Assembly: GCA_038087875.1 (NCBI GenBank)
Contig: CM075990.1
Span: 5,706,001-5,770,000, forward strand
DNA length: 64,000 nucleotides
Origin: Malacoraja senta
Taxonomy: Eukaryota
Direction: 5' to 3'
Positions 1 through 11,800 of the stretch are shown here, in pieces. Within the stretch, counting starts at the first letter, position 1; the number at the start of each line of letters is the position of its first letter. Position numbers and translations under genes: made by a program. Below the pieces are notes generated by a model that saw only the letters and a program-made list of their open reading frames with translations, searched no databases and was not told where the DNA came from.

Positions 1-1335
1 TTTATTTCCAAGGCCTATTCTTGCAACTATTGTCTATTATGTCACACTGATTGCACTTGTGAATGTTTGTATTACTGCTTTGATTTGATGAAAATTATCA
101 TTCTTGTTTTTGACTTGTTCTGTACAAAAGCATCCTGATCTGGAACCAAAATGGAGTTGAGTGACTCTAGTTTGCTCTAGCCAAGTCTGTCAGGGGGTAA
201 GAGAACTCAGCATATGGTCTGGATTTGGATAACAAGAAAGGCCAACTCCTTGCAAAGCAATGGTGAGCATGGTTTTACAAGAACTGTCAAGTAGAATCCT
301 GGGCCTATCACTCAAAAGCACCACCTCATATATGCCTGGTGCTGCTGACGAGAATTGGTGCTGAAAGACATGCAAAGCTGCAGCGATGTGATTAATCCAT
401 GCAGTTTATGATTTTGGCATCTTAAATGATACATTTACTGTAGCTAGGGATGAAAGGATTGCAAGCAACATATTGTATGGAGACTACTGTGTATATTTTT
501 TGAGCGTGGATTGAAAAGTTTAATATAAACAAAGTTCTGTTTTGGAAACTTAAAGCTGTTTTTTCAATTATTTAAGCTTTTTTCCAGTTATGGTTCCTGC
601 TGACTATACCAGTATTTATTGTCCATCACCAATTGCCCTAAGCAGCTGGCGCTGGGCTACCATTTTGAACTATTGTTATTCTTTGGGTGAAAGTGCACCT
701 ATAAAGTTGTTGGGCACGGAGTTCCCAGATTTAGACCGAGCAACAATGAAGTAACAACAAAGTGTTTGTCAATGTTGTATATCTTATTGGGGAATCTGCA
801 ACCGGTGGCGCTCCCTTGCACCTCCGGCCCTCGGATTGCTTGCTGGTACCGGTTGTTGGAGAAGCCTAGCTTAGTAAGTACGGTGACTTTACTAGATGCT
901 ATGAATTGCTGAGGTGGAGGGAATGAAAGTTTAACGTTAGATGGGGTATCAAATCAAGTGGGCTACTTGCTTCTGGAGGGTGTTGAGCTGCTTTGTTTTA
1001 TTTTGCTTTGCTGTATTGTTGTTGCTTCTATCATCCAGTGAAGTAGAAAGGATTCCATTGCACTTGTAGATACCAGTAACATTTTTGCATTCCCGATGAA
1101 TCATTTAGTTCCATATATCCAACTCAGCATATATTTAAGCTTTTGGTTGTTATTTTTGGACATTGGTGACCTTCAGGATGTATTTGTGGAACACAACTAG
1201 CCCTATCTATACATTCCCGCTGTTCAATATGACTGTATCGGTGATCAATGGTATTATTCATGTTGTATAATTATGGATGTAATAACTATGAAAATATGAA
1301 TTCTAAATTCCCCCCCACAGATCAGGAATTAACCA

Positions 1336-1362
<27 letters not shown>
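1336..1362. repeat. (GT)n microsatellite
   Basis: Direct run of GT dinucleotides. Confidence 0.95.
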
Positions 1363-1366
<4 letters not shown>

Positions 1367-1642
1367 AGTAAAATAGATAGATGTCCCAGATAGAACAATG
1401 AATTTCTTACTTGTAGCAGCACAACAGAATATGTAAATCTATCCCCTTCCTCTGACATTGAACAATATTACCATCATCAAAGTCTTCATCATCAACAGTT
1501 TAATTGCCACATCAATGTCATGGCTATAAAAGTAGGTCAAATGCTTGACATTGTTCAATAAGCTGTATATATCACCAGTCTACACTGTTTTAATGCTGCA
1601 TTTATCAACATGGTGTAAATCTAAAAACATTCAAGCAGTTAA

Positions 1643-2527
1643 ATAGATAGATAGATAGATAGATAAACATTTATTGTCACGTACACCAATTGGTGCAGTG
1701 ACATTTGACGCCACGCAGCACACAAATAAAGATAACATCCAAGAATTTAACAACAACATAAAAACATCCCCCCACAATGGTTCCCACTGTGGGGGAAGGC
1801 AGCAAAGTCCAGTCCCATCCCCAGTTCACCCATAGTCGGGGCCTATTGAGGCCTCTGCAGTCGCCGCTACGGCAGCCCGATGCTTCAGGCCCTCTCGCCG
1901 GATGATGGAATTCTGGCGTCGGGTGAACACTTTCAGCGGCCCGGAGTGTCTGGAGCGGCCGCCTCCTCCCAGTAGACCACGGCTCCCGAAGTCCACGAGC
2001 CGCGCCGGTCGACGCACCGACTCTGGCGACCTTATCGTGAGATCCCAGGCTCCGCAGTGTTTGAAGCTCAGCGCCGCCCGCGGCTGGAAGCTCCACTGAC
2101 CGCTGACCGCAGACCGCTGACCGCAGACCGCAGACCGCAGCTCCGCGATGTTGGTGCCGGCTGTCACAGCACTCCGGAGCTTACTGCACGGCGACCCGGG
2201 TTAGGCATCGCCCGCTCCGCGATGGTACTTCAGCGCTGTGCCGCCGCCGAAGCTGAAGTCCTGGCCGGTCCCGGCAGGAAAACGCCGCTCCAGTCTGCCC
2301 GTAGGCCGCGAGGAAGGGGCGAAGATACGGCTCGGAGAAAAGCCGCATCCCCGATCAGGTAGGGACTACGAAAATAGTTTCCCCCTTCCCCCCCCCCCCC
2401 CCAACCCCCCACATAAAAAAGACTAAAGACCTCCAAAAACAAACACTTTTAACTAACTAAAAATTTAAAAAAGGGTGAAAAAACTAACAGCTGCTGGCAG
2501 GGCAGCCATACTCGACGGCACCCCAGG
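1643..2527 (-). mobile_element. GC-rich non-autonomous retroelement (SINE-like, no tRNA head seen)
   Basis: On the minus strand it ends in GACAATAAA plus a (TCTA)n tail. It shares its 5' motif (GGYGCCGTCG, T-rich tract, G-run/GAAAC) and a 3' hairpin with the element at 18214-19080. Confidence 0.6.
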
Positions 2528-3044
2528 TGGTAAGGACAAATACCATTCAGGACAAAGCAACTACAGTCATCATCTTAACCAATCACTTCCTCAACGACCA
2601 CATGCGATGGATGCAAAATGCACTGTGGCCACTCATTCAGACTTTAGCAATACTACTTAAATTTCTGACATCTGCTGCTGAGACATACAAGGACAGTAGA
2701 CCAATTGTTTGCAAAGACCTACAATTTAGCAGGATGAAGTGGTGAAAGGCAACAATGTCACTAATTGCTCTGATCTTAATGTTTTATGTGTCATTCCTAA
2801 CTGTCACTGTATGTAATGTTGTCACTTGTGGGCAGAGCACCAAGGCAAATTCCTTGTATGTGAATACTTGGCCAATAAACTTATTCAAAAACTTCAAATT
2901 CTTAAACTTAATCAATGGTTTAGCACTTAAACTGAACCTCATACCCTTTATATCAATGCAGATGAGCAGAAATAAAGCAAGGTGAATTTATTAATTGATT
3001 GAGGATCAATTTTAACTTGGAGCTGAAATTAGGTTTGTTGATAG

Positions 3045-3270
3045 AAACAAAGAACTGCAGATGCTGGTTTATACCAAAGTTAGACACAAAGTGCTGGAGT
3101 AACTCAGTGGGACAGACAGCATCTCTGGGGGTAAAGAATTGGTGACATTTGGGCCAGAGCCCTTCTTCAGACCTCTGACGTCTGAAGAAGGGCCCCAACC
3201 CGAAACATTGCTTATTTTATTTTTTCCAGAGATGCTGCCTGACCTGCTGAGTTGCTCCAGCACTATGTGG
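3045..3270. mobile_element. Palindromic Penelope-derived short repeat (two inverted arms)
   Basis: Left arm ..CTGGAGTAACTCAG..CCCTTCTTCAGAC is the reverse complement of right arm GTCTGAAGAAGGG..CTGAGTTGCTCCAG. The same motif lies next to GIY-YIG coding sequence at 17975-19460. Confidence 0.75.
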
Positions 3271-4007
3271 TTATATTAGATTTGTTGATGTTGATTCCAC
3301 CAGGGAACAGACAAGGTGATCAGAGGATAAGAATTGTTAGATTTTGAACACGGTACTCTTTCTTTACATTAATTTCATGGGAAGTAGGTGTCACTATTGT
3401 GGCCAGAATAATTGCCTGTCAATGATTGTCCTTGAAAAGGCAGTGGTGAGCAATGGAAGTTTTGAGGATGTAACAAAGAGCTTCAACAGTCACTATGATT
3501 CCCAAGGCTGCAATGCAGAGATCCGTAGGGAGTTATTGCAATGCATTTTGTAAATAGTACATATTACAATCAGATGACGATAATCACATTTGGCTTTTAG
3601 GTCAGGAGTTTGACCTGCTGAAAGTGGTTATTTTAATTTTTTTGGAATGCCTGTCAAAATCACCAATAGCAATTTGATTTTTGTTTGGATATATTCGTTC
3701 CAAGAATTCAAATGATATGTTGGGTAGTATATGATTATTAACAGCTGTGTGAATGTTATTTTGTGTATCTTTATGCTAATGTTTTTCAGTTATTGACAAT
3801 ACCTGAAAAAGTCGGTCTGATTTAAAAAAGATAGCATTGCCTTATTTTCAATAAAATCTTTCAGTTGCCCATTTCATTCCAGAAATGTGTTCCTTGAACC
3901 AAAGAATCTGACGACATTGCAATGCAGGTATTGCTTGACGGAGGGAATGTCCTTGTTCAATGGCAGATATTGTACAATGTACAACGACTGTATGACCCGC
4001 TGAGTTA

Positions 4008-5572
4008 TCCCCAGGGCCAGATAGGCTGCATCCCAGAGTACTTAAGGAAGTACCCCCAGAAATAGTGGATGCATTAGTGATAATTTTTCAAAACTCTTTA
4101 GATTCTGGAGTAGTTCCTGAGGATTGGAGGGTAGCTAATGTAACCCCACTTTTTAAAAAGGGAGAGAGAAAACGGGGAATTACAGACCAGTTAGTCTAAC
4201 GTCGGTAGTGGAGAAACTGCTAGAATCAGTTATTAAAGATTTGATAGCAGCACATTTGGAAAGTGGTGAAATCATTGGACAAAGTCAGCATGGATTTATG
4301 AAAGGTAAATCATGTCTGACGAATCTTATAGAATTTTTCGAGGATGTAACTAGTCGAGTGGATAAGGGAGAACCAGTGGATGTGTTATATCTGGACTTTC
4401 AGAAGGCTTTCGACAAGGTCCCACATAAGAGATTAGTATACAAACTTAAAGCACACGGTATTGGGGGTTCAGTATTGATGTGGATAGAGAACTGGCTGGC
4501 AAACAGGAAGCAAAGAGTAGGAGTAAACGAGTCCTTTTCACAATGGCAGGCAGTGACTAGTGGGGTACCGCAAGGCTCAGTGCTGGGACCCCAGCTATTT
4601 ACAATTTATATTAATGATCTGGATGAGGGAATTGAAGGCAACATCTCCAAGTTTGCGGATGACACTAAGCTGGGGGGCAGTGTTAGCTGTGAGGAGGATG
4701 CTCGGAGACTGCAAGGTGACTTGGATAGGCTGGGTGAGTGGGCAAATGTTTGGCAGATGCAGTATAATGTGGATAAATGTGAGGTTATCCACTTTGGTGG
4801 CAAAAACAGGAAAGCAGACTATTATCTAAATGGTGGCCGATTAGGAAAAGGGGAGATGCAGCGAGACCTGGGTGTCATGGTACACCAGTCATTGAAAGTA
4901 GGCATGCAGGTGCAGCAGGCAGTGAAGAAAGCGAATGGTATGTTAGCATTCATAGCAAAAGGATTTGATTATAGGAGCAGGGAGGTTCTAATGCAGTTGT
5001 ACAGAGTCTTGGTGAGACCGCACCTGGAATATTGCGTACAGTTTTGGTCTCCTAATCTGAGGAAAGACATTCTTGCCATGGAGGGAGTACAGAGAAGGTT
5101 CACCAGACTGATTCCTGGGATGTCAGGACTTTCATATGAAGAAAGACTGGATAGACTCGGTTTGTACTCGCTAGAATTTAGAAGATTGAGGGGGGATCTT
5201 ATAGAAACGTACAAAATTCTTAAGGGGTTGGACAGGCTAGATGCAGGAAGATTGTTCCCGATGTTGGGGAAGTCCAGAACAAGGGGTCACAGTTTAAGGA
5301 TAAGGGGGAAATATTTTAGGACCGAGATGAGGAAAACATTTTTCACACAGAGAGTGGTGAATCTCTGGAATTCTCTGCCACAGAAGGTAGTTGAGGCCAG
5401 TTCATTGGCTATATTTAAGAGGGAGTTAGATGTGGCCCTTGTGGCTAAAGGGATCAGGGGGTATGGAGAGAAAGCAGGTACAGGATACTGAGTTGGATGA
5501 TCAGCCATGATCACATCGAAGGGCCGAATGGCCTACTCCTGCACCTATTTTCTATGTTTCTATGTTTCTATG
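4008..5572 (+). mobile_element. CR1-clade LINE, 5'-truncated, young; RT and C-terminal part of ORF2 (ORF 4208-5491)
   Basis: RT motifs QHGF, YLDFQKAFDKVPH, GVPQGSVLGP and KFADD; CR1 C-terminal RPHLEYCVQFWSP and TRGH; (TTTCTATG)n tail. It interrupts a short repeat at CTGAGTTA|CTCCAGC. Confidence 0.95.
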
Positions 5573-5929
5573 TTACTCCAGCATTTTGTGTCTATCTCCG
5601 GCAGATATAACATTCAGTGCCAGCCTTAAGATGGGTGCAGTTTTGTGGTAACTCTCGTGTCTGTGTTTGTCTTTAGGGATGCTCAACTGTTGTACGCTTA
5701 CTTAGTGCATGTTCTAATCATAATATTCTTATCCTCCTTGGAGTAGTGCCAGAGGAATGGTGGACTGCTAACATTATGTTGTTAATTAGAAAGGGAGGAA
5801 CAGAAAAACAAAGTAATTACAGGACAGTCAGTTGGTGGTCAACAAAATGATTGTAATCTATTCTGAGGGACTGTTCATTAAGAAAAGCACAAATGAATGA
5901 AGGACAGTCTGCATGGACTTGTTAAGTAA

Positions 5930-6564
5930 AGTGCCTGTCCCACTTGGGCCGTCACTTACGCGACAGGCCGGTAGTGACGGTCGCGCGACTGTCCCGCGAG
6001 AGTCTCGCGCATCATCATGCGCCCGCACAGCCGTCTGGAGCACGTGACGTCATTTGAAGATGGACACAAAATGCTGGAGTAACTCAGCAGGACCGGCAGC
6101 ACCTCTGGAGAGAAGGAATGGATGATGTTCGTGTCGAGATTCTTCATCAGTCTGAAAGAAGGGTCTTGACCCGAAACGTCACCCATTGCTTCTCTCCAGA
6201 GATGCTGCCGGTCCCGCTGAGTTACACCTGCATTTTATGTCTATCTTCAATTTTCTTGGCCCCGCTCTGGGAGTAGGAGTGGGGGCGGATCCGGATCCGC
6301 AATGGCCGTGAGCCCCAGGCTGAGTTCGACGATCGTTTGCCTGCTTCTGTTGCTGTTGGAGGTGAGAGGTTGTGTCGCGCCAGGGTCTTGGGCCTGTCCC
6401 ACTTTGGCCGTCAGTTACTCGACAGGCCGGTGGCGCGTGATGATTTTGTGCAGGACGAAGTCCACACTCCTCCACACCACTCCATGCGCCCGTCCCGCGC
6501 GCAACCCACACGCTAGCAGGTCGTGTAAATGGCTCGCGAAAGACAGCCAAGTGGGACAGGCCCT
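5930..6564. mobile_element. PIF/Harbinger-like non-autonomous DNA transposon with nested insertion
   Basis: TIRs AGTGCCTGTCCCACTTGG / CCAAGTGGGACAGGCCCT, TAA on both sides. A nested Penelope-derived palindrome lies at ~6055-6250. Confidence 0.75.
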
Positions 6565-6854
6565 TAAAGCTTTGTTGGACTAACGATAGACGTTTTGAGG
6601 ATGTGACAAAGAGGATCAACAGCCACAATGATTCCAAGAGGTGCAATGCAGACACACGAATTGTGTAGGAACTGCAGGTACTTTCTAGGTGGTAGAAATC
6701 ACAGGTCTCTGAGGCATTGTTAAAGAAACCTGAGAGATTAGTTGCAGTATATTTTGTATGTAATACATATTGCAGCATGATGACAAAGGAGTGAATGTTT
6801 AAGGTGGGATGATTGGGAAGCTAATGCTATTAGCAAGAAACGGAGAATGAGGAA

Positions 6855-7325
6855 AGAACTGCAGATGCTAGATTAAATCGAAGATAGACACAAAATGCTG
6901 GAGTAATTCAGCGGGACAGGCAGCATCTCTGGAGAGAAGGAATGGGTGACGTTTCGGGTCAGGACCCTTCTTCAGACTGAGTCTCATTGTTTGCCTGGCN
7001 NNNNNNNNNNNNNNNNNNNNNNNNNNNNNNNNNNNNNNNNNNNNNNNNNNNNNNNNNNNNNNNNNNNNNNNNNNNNNNNNNNNNNNNNNNNNNNNNNNNN
7101 NNNNNNNNNNNNNNNNNNNNNNNNNNNNNNNNNNNNNNNNNNNNNNNNNNNNNNNNNNNNNNNNNNNNNNNNNNNNNNNNNNNNNNNNNNNNNNNNNNNA
7201 TGTTTCGAGTCGAGATCCTTCTTCTAACGTCTGAAGCAGGGCCTCGACCTGAAACGTCACCTATTCCTTTCCTCCCGAGATGCTGCCTGACCAGCTGAGT
7301 TACTCCAGATTTTTGTGTCTTCAAT
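6855..7325. mobile_element. Penelope-derived short repeats flanking the assembly gap
   Basis: Family motif on the minus strand at 6855-6980 and on the plus strand at 7228-7325. Confidence 0.65.
7000..7199. other. Assembly gap (200 N)
   Basis: Run of N. Confidence 1.
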
Positions 7326-10300
7326 TGAAAATGAGTGCCGCACAGAAGTATCTAGATGTTTTCTGCAAGAACGTTTGGTGGAAGCCCTGGGGAGCAAATT
7401 TAAGCATCTCCGGCATAGCAGGCTATTGATTCAACCATTTCTGTAAGGGCAATAGCAGTTTGAATTGGGTGTCAGACAAGCAATAGGGATGGAATGGAAG
7501 TGGGAAGAAGAATGCTGTCCTCCAGATAGAGGAGAGAAGTTTTCCCCAGAGCCAGTGCTACCTTTCTGGCCTGGTACACCCGCATTTCCAATGGTTGGTT
7601 GAAGGACATATTGCTGGATGTCTGTGAGACCATGCAAGTGCTCAGCATACTGTAATCCACAGAAAGTTTGACGTACAAAGAGGCAATCAGGCTGTGCCAG
7701 ATGAAAAATCCCAACCAGGCTCACTTCCAGCACAGGCTTTGTATTCCTTCAGGTCTTCAAGTTCACATTGTTAAACAAGACGAAAATTTCTTCCACTATC
7801 ACCCTGCCAGGCAGTGAGTTCCAGACTCCTACTACCCACTGAGTGGAAACAAAAAATCTCCACTCCTGCCAACAATTACTCCGAATCTATGATTCCTGGA
7901 TTTTGCACCTTCTGTTAATGGAATCGTCCTTGCTATTTACTCTGTCTCGGCCCCTCGTCATTTTTATAAGCAATTGAATTGAATTTCCATTCTGTAACTA
8001 ATGTTGGGGAAAAAATAATCCCAGCCAATCTAATGTTCCGTCAAGCCTGCTTGAGGCCTGTTGAATACACTCCTAAACATTTAACTGCTATTTTTGGTTC
8101 AATCCATATTCCCATTTGGTTATATGTCATCCTTCCTCACTGCTTCTTCATATATATCATTGCTTTTTGCAGGTGTGATTATAAAAAAAAAATATTAATC
8201 TTCTTCTTGCGTTTGAGGCAGCAGAAGTCTGCAGCAGGGTGATGCCAACCGGTTCGACATCTGTAGGTGCCCGCCCTTAAAAGGGCGCATGCTCTGGGTT
8301 GGCGCCAAGCTGCGGTGCTGCTGCTGTCTCTGTTTGTTGTCGTTCGCCTGACTGAAGTCAGTTGACAGGGCTCACCACGGGGAGGTCGACAACATGAGCC
8401 CCAAAATATGAATGATACCTTCACAATGTTTTATTCCCTTGTTTATCTCGTCTGAAACCTCAGTAAGCAGTAATTTAAACTGCCAATGCTGCCCACTTTA
8501 CATCAGGTTCAGTATAGCAGTCTCAGCTTCCGGTTCAACAGCGAGACGGTGTGGCTGAAAAAGCTTCTAATATCATGAAATGGTGCATCAAAGTAAAGAT
8601 GGTTTTTTTTACGATGGCTTGTAGAAAGCTGACTCCTCCATATTGGATTTCTAGTAAGCTTGCTAATGCATTTCATTGAAGATAGACACAAAATGCTGGA
8701 GTAACTCAGCGGGACAGGCAGCATCTCTGGAGAGAAGGAATGAGTGATGTTTCAATTGACAATAGACAATAGGTGCAAGAGTCGGCCATTCGGCCCTTCG
8801 AGCCAGCACCACCATTTAATGTGATCATGGCTGATCATCCCCAATCAGTACCCTGTTCCTGCCTTCTCCCCATATCCCCTGACGGGTCGAGACTCTTATT
8901 CAGACTGATGTCAGGGGAGATGGAGATACATAGATAGGAAGTCTAAGGTGTGAAAACAGGACAAAGGGGACGGTGATCAAGGAAAATGTAGACTAGATCA
9001 TTTTCTAGATCATTGTTAGCTGGGAGAAGCTAACAACAAAGCAAATGAGAAAATGTAGTCGGAGACAATCAGACTGGTCGGCGAACTGGGAAGATGGAGA
9101 GAGGGAAAGCAAGGGTTGCTTGAAGTTAGAGAAGTCAATGTTCAAACCATGCATAACAATGCATTGAATTGTATGTACTGATGTAACCTCTGTAGGTCTG
9201 CCCTGTCGAAGTGCACATCTGTCTTCTGTACCGCAGAATTATTTGCAGTCCTCACCTCAGGCAAACCACTAAGACAGTATGCTTGCTTTTAAATCAGAAG
9301 ACTGTAGTTTGAAGGGGGGGATGAGATGGTGTTGAGGTGCGAAGGCACGTTCATATTCAATTATTTCATCCCCAACACCGACTGCAGTCTCAATAGCTGG
9401 CATCTCAATGATGGGCAGTGCCAACTCTGTCACTGGAGCATGCAGATAGATGTGTTTTCCTCCATTTAGGTGGTGCTGTGTCTGTGTGCCACTCTGATCT
9501 GCAAGTGAGGAAAATGTTGCAATGAGCATCATGCCACAAATGGGTGATGTTTGTCATGCTTGAATAGCTAGTAGATTCTGAAAACAAATACATCTGAGGA
9601 TTGAAGCAGAACTAAGTTATCTCGTAGAGGAGATTGTTGTTTAACAAGCAATGATATATTGTGAAAACTGCATGTGAACTGTATGGCTGGTGCAGTAGTT
9701 GATAGGATATAAGGGCAAGGGTTTTACTGACTGACTGACCATAAGTTTGCTGAAATGTTTATGCCACTCATATATAGCTTTTCAGGTGTTATTGAGTATA
9801 GCTTTAAGAAACATATATAATATATAATATTCAAAAGCAAAATAGATTGATTAAAATAACCACACTCAGAAGGTATTTAATTGAAGTAGATTTTTGTAAA
9901 CTTAGTTAAAATAAGATTAAGAGAACTGTATTATCAACTGCAGAAAGATAAAATTGTTATAAATGATTGAGAGATATTTTAGCTGCAGCTTTACTCTGTA
10001 GCGCTGTTGCATTTTTTGAAAAATTAAACTGGAATTTACAAGTTAATTTCACTTTTTGGTCACTGCCTATTTTGAATGTTAAATAATGGAGTCTGGGCTG
10101 GGTTTTCTGTTTTTGTTGTTACATAAAGCAGTAGACTGGAAAGTAGAGTAGAGACTGTAAAGTAGACTGTAATAATATACATTCTTTTTAAATTACTACT
10201 CGCTTGTTATTCCTCACCAGATGCCCTAACTAGGCATTAATAGTTTTTTGTCAATTGAACATATTCATTAAGTGAGAAACTTAATTCTCCCTTTATTAAA

Positions 10301-11261
10301 ATTATTTATTTGTAAGAGCCATCATGCAAACATCTATCAAGACGTGTGGATTTTGGTTTACCACTTAGATTCATATTCAAGAGGGTTCAAGTTTTGAGAT
10401 GATGAAAACAGTTTATTTCGAGACCCTTCGAAGGGTCTCGACCCAAAACGTCACCTGTTCCTTCGCTCCATAAATGCTGCCTCACCCGCTGAGTTTCTCC
10501 AGCATTTTTGTCTACCTTCGATTTTTCCAGCATCTGCAGTTCTTTCTTAAACAAAACAGTTTATTTGTTTGTTTGTGGGATGTAAACATTGCTGCAAATG
10601 CCAGTCCTCTCCATCTGTAGTTGCCCCTGAACTAAGGTGGATATCAAGAACTAACTACATTGAAAGTCATATATAGACCTAACTGAAAAGTAGGGAAGAC
10701 ATTCTTGCAGATATTCATAAGCCAGATGGGTTTTTACAACAGTCCGGTAGTACTCATTGTTACTATTATTGGCTTTAATTATTCATATTTCCATAATCCA
10801 GATTCTATGGTAGGATTCAAATCTGAGTCCCTGGATCGATGATCCAGAACTCTTGACTGTTATTCCAGTAACTTTAACAACCATGTGCCCTTTAACAAGG
10901 CCTTCTAAGTTTATAGTAATCTTATTTTATGTTTTAATTGAGCAATTACATGTGTTAAATGTATTTGTTTTGGAGCTGCATTGCATAGGCACTGGATGAA
11001 GCCTGGGAAACTGCTCAGAATAATGTGGAGCATGCAGAACAAGTTAGGAAAATGGGCAACTTTAATATTAGAACTGATTAGATATTTGTCTATTGAATTA
11101 TATAAAGAGAGTAACGTTCCCACTGATCTAAAGATAATTAAAGTAAAAAGAAAAAGGGTAATGCCCATTCAGCGCATGGACATTACAATTTTCAGATATG
11201 GTACTTCAGATGCCTTAATTGACCCAGATGTGCAGAGGAGAGTGTGTAAGAAGGAACCACA

Positions 11262-11800
11262 ATAGACAATAGGTGCAGGTGTAGGCCATTCGGCCCTTCG
11301 AGCCAGCACCACCATTCAATGTGATCATGGCAGATCATCCCCAATCAGTACCGCGTTCTTGCCTTCTCCCCATATTCCCTGACTCCGCTATCTTTAAGAG
11401 CCCTATCTAGCTCTCTCTTGAAAGTATCCAGAGAACCAGCCTCCACCTCCCTCTGAGGCAGAGAATTCCACAGACTCACAACTCTCTGTGAGAAAAAGTG
11501 TTTCCTCGTCTCTGTTCTAAATGGCTTACCGATTATTCTTAAACTGTGGCCCCTGGTTCTGGACTCCCTCAACATCAGGAACATGTTTCCTGCCTCTAGC
11601 ATGTCCAAACCCTTAACAATCTTATATGTTTCAATAAGAACCCCTCTCATCCTTCTAAATTCCAGAGTGTACAAGCCCAGCCACACCATTCTCTCAGCAT
11701 ATGACAGTCCCGCAATCCCGGGAATTAACCTTGTAAACCTACGCTGCACTCCCTCAATAGCAAGAATGTCCTTCCTCAAATTAGAGGACCAAAACTGCAC
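11262..11800 (-). mobile_element. CR1 LINE 3' fragment
   Basis: ORF 11345-11800 matches the C-terminus of the 4208-5491 protein; (ATTGTCT)-type tail. Confidence 0.9.

Noticed and set aside
1677..2442. Overlapping GC-rich ORFs here and at 18294-19004
   Set aside because: Open in several frames on both strands because of GC content inside non-autonomous repeats; no recognisable domain.
6868..7324. ORFs containing long X runs
   Set aside because: They span the 200-N assembly gap.
8197..8400. CpG-rich patch ending in (GAA)n on the minus strand
   Set aside because: Probably a non-LTR retroelement 3' fragment, but I cannot assign a family from the sequence alone.
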